Source: Nanobdellota archaeon
GTDB taxonomy: Archaea > Nanobdellota > Nanobdellia > Woesearchaeales > JAHIVG01
Assembly: GCA_043806015.1 (NCBI GenBank)
Contig: JAZDHH010000007.1
Coordinates: forward strand, 51,698-115,697
DNA: 64,000 bases
Reading direction: 5' to 3'
Part shown: piece by piece, positions 55,448-64,000 of the stretch
Position numbering within the stretch: position 1 is the first letter of the stretch
Layout of the letters: each line of letters opens with the position of its first letter
The notes under the pieces: generated by a model
What the model was told of the DNA's origin: nothing
Databases searched by the model: none
The model's input: only the letters and a program-made list of their open reading frames with translations
Position numbers and translations under genes: made by a program

Positions 55448-56310
55448 TCCTGGAAAGAAAGGCTGAGATGGTGCATACGCTTGCTCAAGCTGAGCAAAGT
55501 GCAAAAAACCGCTGGATCCTTTGCGAGCCGCGCCTCGGTTTCCTTGATGAAGCCTTGCAGGCTTCTCCTCAGCGAGAGCAGCGCTTCTCTTCGTGGCGAG
55601 CGATAACATGCAGAGAATTCGTGGAAAAGCGAGGCGAATCGGGAAAGGGATGCTCTATGAATAGGCTTTCTTGCAATTTTTCCTAGGCCTTCGACCTCAT
55701 CAGCGATGTCCTCCAGCGACCAGACCAAAGCGTAGAGGAAATGCGACCGGTTGCGGTCGTCGATCTTGCCCTTGTTGATGAGCCGCTCGCAGAAGTTCGT
55801 CAGCTTGTTGAGGGTCTTCTCGAGGGAACCGAGGGTCACGGCAGCATCCGGTTTTCCATCGGCAAGCGTCTTGGCCATGTCAAGGATGATGAGGAAGCAG
55901 CGGCTGAGCAGCTGCTCGAACTGGTCTTCCATGCCCTCGGCGACATTGCGGATGATAATGCGGCCTTCTCCTTGCTCCACAATCTCGAAGCCCAGGAGTT
56001 TTTCCAGCGCGCCGCGCACAAGCTCGACGACCGCAGAATCGGCATAGCGGATCGTCAATTCATCCACGCCGAAGCGATAGGGAGTGTGGATGAGCCGCTC
56101 CATGAATTGCCCTTTCCCCTCAATCGAAACCTCTCTTTTTGTGGGCGGCAAGATGCCTTTCGCAGTCAAGGTCAGATCCCCGCCATTGATGGAAGCCTCG
56201 AGCTCTTCGCCTGCAGAAATGCCTTGTTCCTTCACCCACCGGCTCGGCAGCGACGCCACGAGGGTCGCGTTGCCCAGCTTGATGACCCTTCGCTTCATGG
56301 AGTGAAGCAA
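55441..56310 (-). CDS. AbrB/SpoVT-domain + PhoU-like domain regulator
   Basis: The N-terminus MKRRVIKLGNATLVASLPSRWVKEQGISAGEEL is an AbrB-type swapped hairpin. The remaining roughly 220 aa are alpha-helical PhoU-like repeats. Confidence 0.55.
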   Translation of the reverse strand: MLHSMKRRVIKLGNATLVASLPSRWVKEQGISAGEELEASINGGDLTLTAKGILPPTKREVSIEGKGQFMERLIHTPYRFGVDELTIRYADSAVVELVRGALEKLLGFEIVEQGEGRIIIRNVAEGMEDQFEQLLSRCFLIILDMAKTLADGKPDAAVTLGSLEKTLNKLTNFCERLINKGKIDDRNRSHFLYALVWSLEDIADEVEGLGKIARKPIHRASLSRFASLFHEFSACYRSPRREALLSLRRSLQGFIKETEARLAKDPAVFCTLLSLSKRMHHLSLSFQDY

Positions 56311-56364
56311 GATTCAGAAGTATATAAATTTTCTTGAAATATATATTTTCCAGAAGCTATCTTG

Positions 56365-57561
56365 TCAGGCCTTCCCCTTCAGCCAGGCTTCCTCCTCAGG
56401 GCCGAGGTCGAGGAACGCGGCAAGCTGCTTGGCGAACTGCGGCTGCTTCTTCGCCGCGACGCGGACATACGGCAGCGTCTCCTGCAGGGTCGCCTTGAGC
56501 GAGGAATGCAAGGTCGGCGCGAGCTTCTCGGCAACGGAAAGCCGTTTCGCGTTCTTGGCGTTGGCGATCCATTGCCAGAGGAACCGCTTTGGCTGCTCAT
56601 AGGCGCCTAGGCCGGAGGGCCGCTCGCTCTTCGCCGAGGAGACGCCGAGCGACAGCAGCGCGTAGATGTACACGAGGAAGCGCCAGTGCTGCCAGCGCCT
56701 GATCCTGCCGCGGAACACGTCCGCCTTGGATATCATGTCCATGGCGGCGGCGATGTCGGCCGGCTTGGTATATTCCTTCGGGAGGTTCTCATCGATCCAG
56801 TGCAGGATCGTGTCGACATCCTCGTCGATGCTGTCAATGGCCTCCTTGGCGATGAAGGGATCAGTTGTTTTGAAGATGCGCACCAGCGCGTCGGGGATGG
56901 CCTCGCGCCGCTCCCGGTCAGAGCTCTCGTCCAGGACAAAGGAGCCGCCCCCGCTCATGGCCTGCAGGTCGTTGATGGCTGCCCTGGCGTCTCCGCCGGA
57001 GCGCCGCGCGAGCCGCTTCAGGTCCTCTTCCTTGAAACATATCTTCTCTTTCTTCGCGATGCCCTCGAGAATCGCATAGACGTCGAGATAGCCGAGCGCC
57101 TTGAACTCGATGAGCTGGCTCTTCTTGCGCAGCGCCGAGAGCTTCCGCTCGTTCGGGTCGTTGGCCGTGAACACGAGGGGGAAGGCGGATTCCGCGATGA
57201 AGTTGCCCAAGGACGCGATGCCGCCATGGTCCTGCTGGCCTGACAGGCCGTCCACCTCGTCGATGAGGATGATCTTGCTGCGGAAGAAGAGGGACTGCTG
57301 CTTGGTCGCCATGCCCACGACCTGCATCAAGGATTCCTTGTCGCGGTAATCCGAGGCGTTCAGCTCGATCACCTCATGCTGGATCTCGTTGCCGAGGGCG
57401 TGCACCGCGGCTGTCTTGCCCGTGCCGACCGGCCCGAACAGCAGGGCGGCCCGCCCTTTGCGGAACGTCCGCACAAAGGAAGCTAATTGCCGCACCGCCT
57501 CGTCCTGGCCGATGACGTCAGATAGCCTGATCGGCATGTAGCGTTTCACCCACGATTCCAT
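56365..57561 (-). CDS. rfcL: replication factor C large subunit (clamp loader)
   Basis: SWVKRYMPIRLSDVIGQDEAV (the RFC box II-like W.eKYRP). Walker A LLFGPVGTGKT. ELNASD. Walker B ILIDEVD. Sensor SGGDARAAIN. Length 398 aa. Confidence 0.7.
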   Translation of the reverse strand: MESWVKRYMPIRLSDVIGQDEAVRQLASFVRTFRKGRAALLFGPVGTGKTAAVHALGNEIQHEVIELNASDYRDKESLMQVVGMATKQQSLFFRSKIILIDEVDGLSGQQDHGGIASLGNFIAESAFPLVFTANDPNERKLSALRKKSQLIEFKALGYLDVYAILEGIAKKEKICFKEEDLKRLARRSGGDARAAINDLQAMSGGGSFVLDESSDRERREAIPDALVRIFKTTDPFIAKEAIDSIDEDVDTILHWIDENLPKEYTKPADIAAAMDMISKADVFRGRIRRWQHWRFLVYIYALLSLGVSSAKSERPSGLGAYEQPKRFLWQWIANAKNAKRLSVAEKLAPTLHSSLKATLQETLPYVRVAAKKQPQFAKQLAAFLDLGPEEEAWLKGKA

Positions 57562-57579
57562 GGCAGGAGGGCGGCGGCG

Positions 57580-58488
57580 CTACCTTTTAAGGTTTTCCGA
57601 AAGAAGTATTATCCTGTCGCCGTCGAGAATCAGGACATGGCCCGGGCATGCTGCCAGGCCTTTCGGCTCTGTGAGGGTCAGCGGATAGCTCGCCAGGAAG
57701 GTGAAGCCGTTGGCGACATCGAAGACCGCGAGGCCGAGGCGGTCGAGCACGAAGAGGCGCTCGTTGGAAAGGGCGAGCGACCTCGGCCAGCTCACGTATC
57801 CTTCGCCAAGCTGCTCAACCTCGCCATCGTTCTCTCTCAATATTCCCGCATGTCCTGAATCGATGAAGAAGGACTGGAGTTTGCCTTGCGACATGGCGAG
57901 CGGCCAGGAGTTGCTGAAATAGAAATTCAGGTCTTCGCCCTTGAGCGAATAGAGCCATTTGCTCCTCTCATTTCGGGAGGACAGGACTGCCGGGCTTTCC
58001 TCTGCCTTCAGCACATCGTCGCTGAGAGAGAGGGTGACTGTTTTTTCAGGCTGCAGGAAAACGAAGCGGCCATCATCGACGGAAAAGGCATTGGGATCGC
58101 TGACGAACGCGCTGACATCAAGGCCGGGGCGCTCGACCCATTGGCCGGCCCCATAGCTGCCCTTCCGCTCGAGCTCAGCGTCAAGGAACGTTATGCTCCC
58201 TTGCCGGTATGCATACACATTGCAGCCCTGGTCTGCCGCAATCAGGGACGCGCTCATGGCGGCGGTGCGGAGGGGCGTGAAGGCTTTCACGCAGTCTCCC
58301 AGGATGCAGCACTGCATCGACCTTCCCTCTCCGCCGTCGAAGGAGGCGAGCAGCTGGCCGGTGCAGAAGTCGGCGCAGATGCTGCCGCCGAGCGTGGCGC
58401 AGGACTCGGGAAGCGCGGACTGCTTGCCCGCGAGGTTCATGCTGCAGGAACTCAAGAGAAGCAACGCGGCGATGAGGAATGCTCTCAT
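57580..58488 (-). CDS. secreted lipoprotein (hypothetical)
   Basis: MRAFLIAALLLLSSCS is a signal peptide with a lipobox. The track ORF 57580..59157 carries a His/Arg-rich 223-codon artifact overlapping the MATE gene. ATG confirmed at 58488. Confidence 0.45.
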   Translation of the reverse strand: MRAFLIAALLLLSSCSMNLAGKQSALPESCATLGGSICADFCTGQLLASFDGGEGRSMQCCILGDCVKAFTPLRTAAMSASLIAADQGCNVYAYRQGSITFLDAELERKGSYGAGQWVERPGLDVSAFVSDPNAFSVDDGRFVFLQPEKTVTLSLSDDVLKAEESPAVLSSRNERSKWLYSLKGEDLNFYFSNSWPLAMSQGKLQSFFIDSGHAGILRENDGEVEQLGEGYVSWPRSLALSNERLFVLDRLGLAVFDVANGFTFLASYPLTLTEPKGLAACPGHVLILDGDRIILLSENLKR

Positions 58489-58496
58489 GCCTTGCC

Positions 58497-59840
58497 CTAG
58501 CCGTCGCTGTTTTTTATGCTTTTCGCTCGTATCGTGGCGGAGAGCCACCAGATGCCTACAACGCTGGAGACAAGGCCTCCAAGCACCATGGCCACGGCGA
58601 TGGAGAGGTAGCCAAAGCCGAGCACGAAGACGAACAGGTAGGCCAGCGGCACCGCGACTCCGAAGAATCGGATGAGTTGGATGATGAGGCCGGGCATGCC
58701 CCTGCCCAGGCCTTGCATGACCCTGAACACGGTCATGGTGAGGTGCATCAAGGGGAAGGTGAGCACGTCGATGCGCAGGTAGCCGACAGCCGCGGAGATG
58801 AGATGCTGCTCGGGTGTGAAGATCCTTATGAGCCAGGGCGCGAACAGGAAGAACACTATGCCTATCACGCTCGTGAACAGCATGCCGATGACCATGCCGT
58901 AGCTCACGATGCCCTTCACCAGGTCGATGCGTTTCGCTCCCGTGAACATGGCCACGAGCGTCATCAGGGAGAGGCCGAGCGCGATGACCGGCAGCAGGGC
59001 GACGCTCTCGAGCCTGCTGACAATGCCGAAGGCCGCCACGAAAGTGGTGCCGAAGTGGTTCATGAAGCCGTTGATGAAGACCACATACATCGAGATGAGG
59101 ATCATGGTCAAGGCTGCAGGCATGCCGATCGATGATATCTCCCGGATGATGCGCCACGAGAACTTGAATTCCCTGAACCGCAGCCGGATGGTCGACCGCC
59201 GGTGCATGAAGATGATGGAGAGGACGAGGCCGAGGGCGAGGGAGATGACCGTCGCGTAGGCTGCTCCCGCCACCCCGAGCTTCAGGCTGTAGATGAAGAT
59301 CGGGTCGAGGATGATGTTGGCCATCAAGGCCGTGACCTGGATGATCATCGGTGTCTTGGTGTCCCCTTCCGCGGAAAAGATGCTGTTCATGACGTAGAGG
59401 GGGAACATCACGAGGCAGCCGAGCAGCAGGATGGACATGTAGCTGATGCTCATCCTGAGCACGTTGCCCTCCGCGCCGAAGAGCCGCATAAGGTCACCGA
59501 GGAAAATGGTCCCGAATATGAGGACGAGGAGGCCGAGGCCGACGCTCATCAGGACTCCATGCAGCGCCGCATTCTCTGCCTCGGGATGCTTCTTGGCCCC
59601 AAGGCTCCTGGAGATGAGGCTGCCCATGCCGACACCCATGCCCGAGTTCAGCGACATCAGGATGAAGAAGAGTGGGAAGCTGAAGGTCAGGGCCGCGATG
59701 GCCTCCTCGCCGAGGCGCCCGACCCACGCAGTGTCCACCACGTTGTACATGGTCTGCACGACCATGGCGATGACCATGGGCAATGCCAGGACGAAAAGCG
59801 CCTTTCTCGGATTCTGGATGAAGGCATCCACACGGCTCAT
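58497..59840 (-). CDS. MATE-family efflux transporter
   Basis: 12-TM protein. The N-terminus ..ALPMVIAMVVQTMYNVVDTAWVGRLGEEAIAALTFSFPLFF is the MATE signature. Confidence 0.8.
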   Translation of the reverse strand: MSRVDAFIQNPRKALFVLALPMVIAMVVQTMYNVVDTAWVGRLGEEAIAALTFSFPLFFILMSLNSGMGVGMGSLISRSLGAKKHPEAENAALHGVLMSVGLGLLVLIFGTIFLGDLMRLFGAEGNVLRMSISYMSILLLGCLVMFPLYVMNSIFSAEGDTKTPMIIQVTALMANIILDPIFIYSLKLGVAGAAYATVISLALGLVLSIIFMHRRSTIRLRFREFKFSWRIIREISSIGMPAALTMILISMYVVFINGFMNHFGTTFVAAFGIVSRLESVALLPVIALGLSLMTLVAMFTGAKRIDLVKGIVSYGMVIGMLFTSVIGIVFFLFAPWLIRIFTPEQHLISAAVGYLRIDVLTFPLMHLTMTVFRVMQGLGRGMPGLIIQLIRFFGVAVPLAYLFVFVLGFGYLSIAVAMVLGGLVSSVVGIWWLSATIRAKSIKNSDG

Positions 59841-59914
59841 GGTATGAAAGCTCTGCCTTTCCCTTTTTAAACCTTGGGAAAACCTTTTTAAAAAAGGGCC
59901 ATCCTCAGGTTGCC

Positions 59915-62287
59915 ATGCAAGACTATGACCCGAAGGAAGCGGAGCCGCGGCTCATCGCTGCCTGGCTCAAGGATAAGGCTTACCGCTTCGACCCTCAGAG
60001 CAATGCCGAGCTGTTTTCCATAGACACCCCGCCACCGACAGTCAGCGGCGAGATGCACCTGGGCCATGCTTTCTCCTACGCGCAGCAGGACTTCATCGTC
60101 CGCTACCAGCGGATGCGCGGCAAGAATGTCTTCTATCCCTTCGGCTTCGACGACAACGGCCTCGCGACCGAGCGCTTCGTGGAGAAGAAGGCGAAGGTCA
60201 AGGCGACCAAGATGCCGCGCGAGGACTTCATCAGGCTCTGCCTCAAGGAGACCGCTGAGGTCGAGGAGAAGCTCCGGCGGTGCTGGCAGCGCCTCGGCAT
60301 CTCCGCTGACTGGGACATCTTCTACCACACCGTCGACGACTGGGCGCGCAAGACGAGCCAGCGCAGCTTCCTCGAGCTCTACCGTAAGGGCAGGGAATAC
60401 CGCAAGGAGGCCCCGACCATCTGGTGCCCGGAGTGCCAGACAGCGATCGCCCAGGTCGAGCTGCAGGACAAGGAGCTGGAATCGCAGTTCAATGACATCG
60501 CCTTTACGGTAAACGGCCAGGACCTCATCATCGCGACGACAAGGCCGGAGCTGCTCTCCAGCTGCGTGGCAGTCATCTTCCATCCCGAAGACAATCGCTA
60601 CAAGCACCTTGAGGGAAAGAAGGCCGTCGTGCCAATGTTCAACCATGAGGTTCCGGTCATCGCAGACAGCCGCGTCTCCATGGAAAAAGGCACCGGCATC
60701 GTGATGTGCTGCACCTTCGGCGACCTCACGGACATCGAATGGTGGTCTGCCTTCAAGCTGCCGCTCAGGATATCGATCACGCAGGATGGCAAGATGAACA
60801 GCCTTGCCGGCAAGTACCAAGGCCTTGACCTCAGGGAAGGAAGGAAGGCCATCATCGCCGACCTGCGCGCCGCAGGCCTGCTCAGGAAGGAGCAGCCTAT
60901 CATCCACGCGGTCAACGTTCACGAGCGCTGCGGCCGCGAGATCGAGTTCCTTGTGACAAAGCAATGGTTCATCCGCTACCTCGACCTGAAGGAGGAGTTC
61001 ATCCGGATGGGCCGCGAGATCTCCTGGCATCCCGAGCACATGCGCGTCCGCTTCGAGCACTGGATCAACGGCCTGCAATGGGACTGGTGCATCTCGCGGC
61101 AGCGCTACTTCGGCGTCCCTTTCCCACTCTGGTATTGCACAAAATGCGGAGAGGTCATGCTCGCCGAGGACTCGCAGCTGCCCGTCGACCCGCTGAAGCA
61201 CAAGCCTTTGAAGCATTGCGCTTGCGGGAGCGAGGAGTTCGAGCCTGAGCGCGATGTCCTCGACACCTGGGCCACAAGTTCATTGACTCCCATGATCGCG
61301 CTGCGCTGGAAGGATGACCCCCACTTTTTCCACAGGATGTTCCCCCTGTCGCTGCGGCCGCAGGCGCATGACATCATCACCTTCTGGGCCTTCAACACCG
61401 TGGTGAAAAGCTACCTCCACGAGGGCAAGCCGCCCTGGAAGCATATCATGATCTCCGGCCATGCGCTCGACCCGCACGGCAAGAAGATGTCCAAGAGCAA
61501 GGGCAACACCGTCGACCCGCTCGCCATGATGGAGAAGTATTCCGCGGACTGCCTGCGCTTCTGGGCAGCAGGCTCGAAGCTTGGCGACGACCTCCCGTTT
61601 ATGGAGAAGGATTTCGTGACCGGGAAGAAGTTCATCACCAAGCTCTGGAACGCCAGCAAGTTCGCCATGATGCACATCAAGGAGAAGCCCAAGCGGCCGA
61701 AGCAGCTCCATCCCATCGACCAGTGGCTGCTCTCAAAGCTGCAGGCTTTGGTCAAGGATTCGACAGAGACCATGGAGCAGTTCGAGTACGCGAGGACGAA
61801 GCTCGAGGCCGAGAAGTTCTTCTGGCAGGCCTTCTGCGACAACTACCTCGAGCTGGTCAAGGACCGGCTCTACAAGCCGGAAGCTTATCCTGCAGATGCC
61901 GTGGCTTCCGCCAAATGGACACTGCACGAGTCATTGTTGACCATTCTCAAGCTCTTCGCCCCGATAACCCCCTTCATCACAGAGGAGATCTTCCAGCAGC
62001 AATTCCTCGCCGATGCCTCGATCCACACTTCGCCGTGGCCTGCCTTTCAGGAGGACCTTGTTGATGCGGACGCCGAGAAGCTCGGCGACACTGTTGTGGA
62101 AATCGTCGCTGCGATGCGCAAGATGAAGTCAGAGAAGAGCCTGTCGCTCAAGACCGCGGTCAAGAAGCTTACCATCACGTCGCCGCTGAATCTCGAGCCG
62201 GTCAAGGCCGACATCGCCAGCATCTCCCAAGCAAGTGAAGTCGAGCTGCTGAAGGGGGATGCGATGCAAGTGGGATTAGAGTTTTAA
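59915..62287 (+). CDS. valS: class I aminoacyl-tRNA synthetase, valyl-type (short form)
   Basis: HIGH region IDTPPPTVSGEMHLGHAFSY. KMSKS is KKMSKSKGNTVDP. A CP1 editing-domain-like insertion and anticodon-binding helices are present. 790 aa is short for ValRS, so an Ile/Leu-family alternative is not excluded. Confidence 0.55.
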   Translation: MQDYDPKEAEPRLIAAWLKDKAYRFDPQSNAELFSIDTPPPTVSGEMHLGHAFSYAQQDFIVRYQRMRGKNVFYPFGFDDNGLATERFVEKKAKVKATKMPREDFIRLCLKETAEVEEKLRRCWQRLGISADWDIFYHTVDDWARKTSQRSFLELYRKGREYRKEAPTIWCPECQTAIAQVELQDKELESQFNDIAFTVNGQDLIIATTRPELLSSCVAVIFHPEDNRYKHLEGKKAVVPMFNHEVPVIADSRVSMEKGTGIVMCCTFGDLTDIEWWSAFKLPLRISITQDGKMNSLAGKYQGLDLREGRKAIIADLRAAGLLRKEQPIIHAVNVHERCGREIEFLVTKQWFIRYLDLKEEFIRMGREISWHPEHMRVRFEHWINGLQWDWCISRQRYFGVPFPLWYCTKCGEVMLAEDSQLPVDPLKHKPLKHCACGSEEFEPERDVLDTWATSSLTPMIALRWKDDPHFFHRMFPLSLRPQAHDIITFWAFNTVVKSYLHEGKPPWKHIMISGHALDPHGKKMSKSKGNTVDPLAMMEKYSADCLRFWAAGSKLGDDLPFMEKDFVTGKKFITKLWNASKFAMMHIKEKPKRPKQLHPIDQWLLSKLQALVKDSTETMEQFEYARTKLEAEKFFWQAFCDNYLELVKDRLYKPEAYPADAVASAKWTLHESLLTILKLFAPITPFITEEIFQQQFLADASIHTSPWPAFQEDLVDADAEKLGDTVVEIVAAMRKMKSEKSLSLKTAVKKLTITSPLNLEPVKADIASISQASEVELLKGDAMQVGLEF

Positions 62288-62294
62288 CAATGTC

Positions 62295-63686
62295 TCATTG
62301 CAGGGTGGGAGGAGTAAAAAACCTCAGTGCTCCTTCGCGCTCCCTTCTTTCAACATTCATGGCAAGCTGAAGGTCTCGAGCTTCGGTCATATGATGAAAA
62401 TAGGTTCCATGGGCTCTGAAAAAAGCAATTTGCCGCGGATCGGCATCCGCATCTCTCCGTGTCTCGAATTTATAGAAAGATTGCATTTCCTCGAGGATGT
62501 GCGTTAAAGCTGTGTACACACCGTTGTATCCTTCGAATCTGCCTGACTCCTTAATCGCTGTCAATCTTCCTAATAGAGTATCAATCTGCGGAATGATCCC
62601 TGACAGCCGTTCGGTCGCTTCCTGAAGGGCATCGAAATAGGTCTTGTCATGCTCTAGAGGCAAGGCTCCGAGCTTCCTCGCCGCTTCCTCTATGGAAAGG
62701 ACTCTCCCCTCCCAGAATCTTCCCGGTTCCATCTCAAGATGGCTTGTGAATAAAGCGCCTTTGTATTGCCTCCTCCGGTTCCGATCCGTATTTTTGGTCA
62801 GCTCGACATAATCCCCGTTTTTCGTGTTTTCAGCCCAGACTCGCGCTGACCTGGACGGGTCAGGTAGGCGAATACTGAAAGAAGGCTTTTTTCCTGGCTC
62901 CTGGGTGACCTCAGAAGCCTGGAAAATGGCGCCAACGCGGAACTCGGTAGGAGACTTATAGGCCCTGCCCAGGGCAGCGTCGAGGTTGAAACCGCTCTCT
63001 CCGGGTGATTCATCGATGGCCTGCTCAAGGCCAGACTCAGCAGGAAGCACTCCAAAGACCTGCGCGGCTTCCTCTATAGTTAGTTTTTCACCTTGCCAAT
63101 TTGAGCCAGGCCGCCGATGAGGGGCGGATCGCATGAATTTCGGACTTGTGTCCCGAACAATGCGAACATAGTCACCTTCCTGAACGCCTTCGGTGTAAAT
63201 ACGTATCGAGCTTCCCGGGAAATTGAACCAGGGCGTTTTTCCGATAATGCGCACGATGTCCCAGGCACGGATGATTTCGTTTTCTCCAATAGCGCGTGGA
63301 GGTTTGTATGCCCTTGCGACCTTAGTGACGAGGTCATCGGCCGGCGCGGCTGTTTTCACATTCCCGGCGCCGTCTGTTGCAGAGGGCTCGCTGGGGAGGA
63401 GGCTGCGGAGATGGGCGATGTACTGAAAAACAAGGGCTTGATCCTGGTGTGTCGCTCGATCGGCTTCGATCGTGTCGAGATCTAGGGCAATCATCTTGGC
63501 ACGCCCCGGGCCTATTGGATGGTTGAGCTCTGCCAATAGGTCAGCCAACCGCTTCGCATACGGGAATCCAGTCAATGCCTCGCCATGGATGCCTAGGGGT
63601 GGCGGCGCTGTAGGCTGACTTAAATGATCATGCCGCGACTTCGGCTTTGTCATGTACCTACTTCTGTAAGGTCTGTCCCCGCTCAT
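62295..63686 (-). CDS. internally duplicated protein of unknown function (low-GC, foreign composition)
   Basis: 463 aa, about 48% GC. Two roughly 75-aa repeats share GDYV(R/E)..R/K.T....W.G..L(T/S)IEEAA..(F/L)G.LP (residues about 165-225 and about 275-345). The C-terminal region is helical. Confidence 0.4.
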   Translation of the reverse strand: MSGDRPYRSRYMTKPKSRHDHLSQPTAPPPLGIHGEALTGFPYAKRLADLLAELNHPIGPGRAKMIALDLDTIEADRATHQDQALVFQYIAHLRSLLPSEPSATDGAGNVKTAAPADDLVTKVARAYKPPRAIGENEIIRAWDIVRIIGKTPWFNFPGSSIRIYTEGVQEGDYVRIVRDTSPKFMRSAPHRRPGSNWQGEKLTIEEAAQVFGVLPAESGLEQAIDESPGESGFNLDAALGRAYKSPTEFRVGAIFQASEVTQEPGKKPSFSIRLPDPSRSARVWAENTKNGDYVELTKNTDRNRRRQYKGALFTSHLEMEPGRFWEGRVLSIEEAARKLGALPLEHDKTYFDALQEATERLSGIIPQIDTLLGRLTAIKESGRFEGYNGVYTALTHILEEMQSFYKFETRRDADADPRQIAFFRAHGTYFHHMTEARDLQLAMNVERREREGALRFFTPPTLQ

Positions 63687-63742
63687 GAAAGATACCTCCC
63701 TCAGGGGAGAATAACCGGGTGATTAATAAGGTTGTCGCCGGA

Positions 63743-64000
63743 TTAGAAAAGGAACTTCCCGTCCTTCTGGATCGTCTTGCCGTCGACCTCGAGCCTGCCG
63801 CCCTTGCGCAGGTCCTTGATCATGTCCCAGTGGATGGCGCTCTCGTTGACGCCGCCGCCCTCCTTGTAGGCCATGCCGAGCGCCAGGTGGATTGTCCCCC
63901 CGATCTTCTCGTCGAACAGGATCTGCTTGACGAAGCGGTCGATCATGAAGTTGGTGCCGACGCCCAGCTCGCCGAGCATGCAGGCTCCCTTGTCGGTCTT
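63743..64000 (-). CDS. M29-family aminopeptidase (AmpS/aminopeptidase T-like), C-terminal fragment at the window edge
   Basis: ...[26 protein letters not shown] resembles the aminopeptidase T C-terminal metal-binding region. The gene continues past the window end. Confidence 0.45.
   Translation of the reverse strand, partial: KTDKGACMLGELGVGTNFMIDRFVKQILFDEKIGGTIHLALGMAYKEGGGVNESAIHWDMIKDLRKGGRLEVDGKTIQKDGKFLF

Noticed and set aside
57580-59157. 525-aa ORF with a His/Arg-rich N-terminal 223 aa
   Set aside because: The N-terminal part overlaps the MATE transporter gene in another frame. Only the C-terminal 302 aa (from MRAFLIAALLLLSSCS, ATG at 58488) form a plausible lipoprotein gene.
1-64000. 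CRISPR arrays, rRNA genes and tRNA genes
   Set aside because: No regularly spaced direct repeats were seen. No rRNA-like conserved stretches. No recognisable tRNA cloverleaf or T-loop (GGTTCGAATCC-like) sequences could be found by eye, though a computational tRNA scan was not possible.

Overview
The window appears to be chromosomal DNA from an uncultivated archaeon; most genes are strongly GC3-biased (roughly 60% GC). Archaeal identity is supported by several conserved clusters: rpl1-rpl10(P0)-rpl12(P1); a PIN-domain gene followed by rpoE'-spt4-rps24e-rps27ae; rpoL next to a COG2263/METTL5-like RNA methylase; and sepF. Housekeeping content includes carA-carB, four aminoacyl-tRNA synthetases (asnS, a bacterial-type aspS, glyS and a short class-I Val-type), a GT35 alpha-glucan phosphorylase, and DNA-metabolism genes (topA, nurA, herA, an mre11-like gene, the RFC large subunit and nfo). 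There is also a translin-HD-MBL-Nudix operon and an envelope cluster (PLD, CPBP protease, lipoprotein, Lon-like S16 protease). I recognised no rRNA or tRNA genes and no CRISPR array. The conserved core is interrupted by compositionally atypical segments with lower GC and relaxed GC3, each carrying something unusual: (1) a roughly 2 kb AT-rich island with a winged-HTH gene surrounded by repeated TCGR motifs and a 13-bp inverted repeat; (2) a RelE/ParE toxin-antitoxin cassette that sits beside a 36-bp direct repeat copying the 3' end of nfo; (3) a low-GC divergent PLP fold-type-II enzyme; (4) an AbrB/MazE-like 46-aa ORF translationally coupled to a 722-aa membrane-anchored protein-kinase-like protein; (5) three tandem paralogous membrane proteins next to a 31-aa class-III-signal-peptide (type IV pilin-like) ORF that the ORF track missed; (6) a 463-aa internally duplicated protein of foreign composition. 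Other oddities: topA is split into a catalytic core and a zinc-ribbon gene with an ATGCTGA overlap; a nitroreductase gene starts inside the zinc-ribbon gene; a single in-frame TAG joins two small ORFs; and herA and the mre11-like gene have no rad50, are separated by a low-GC orphan ORF, and nurA lies about 6 kb away. All functional calls come from motif-level reading of the translated ORFs. No database search was possible.
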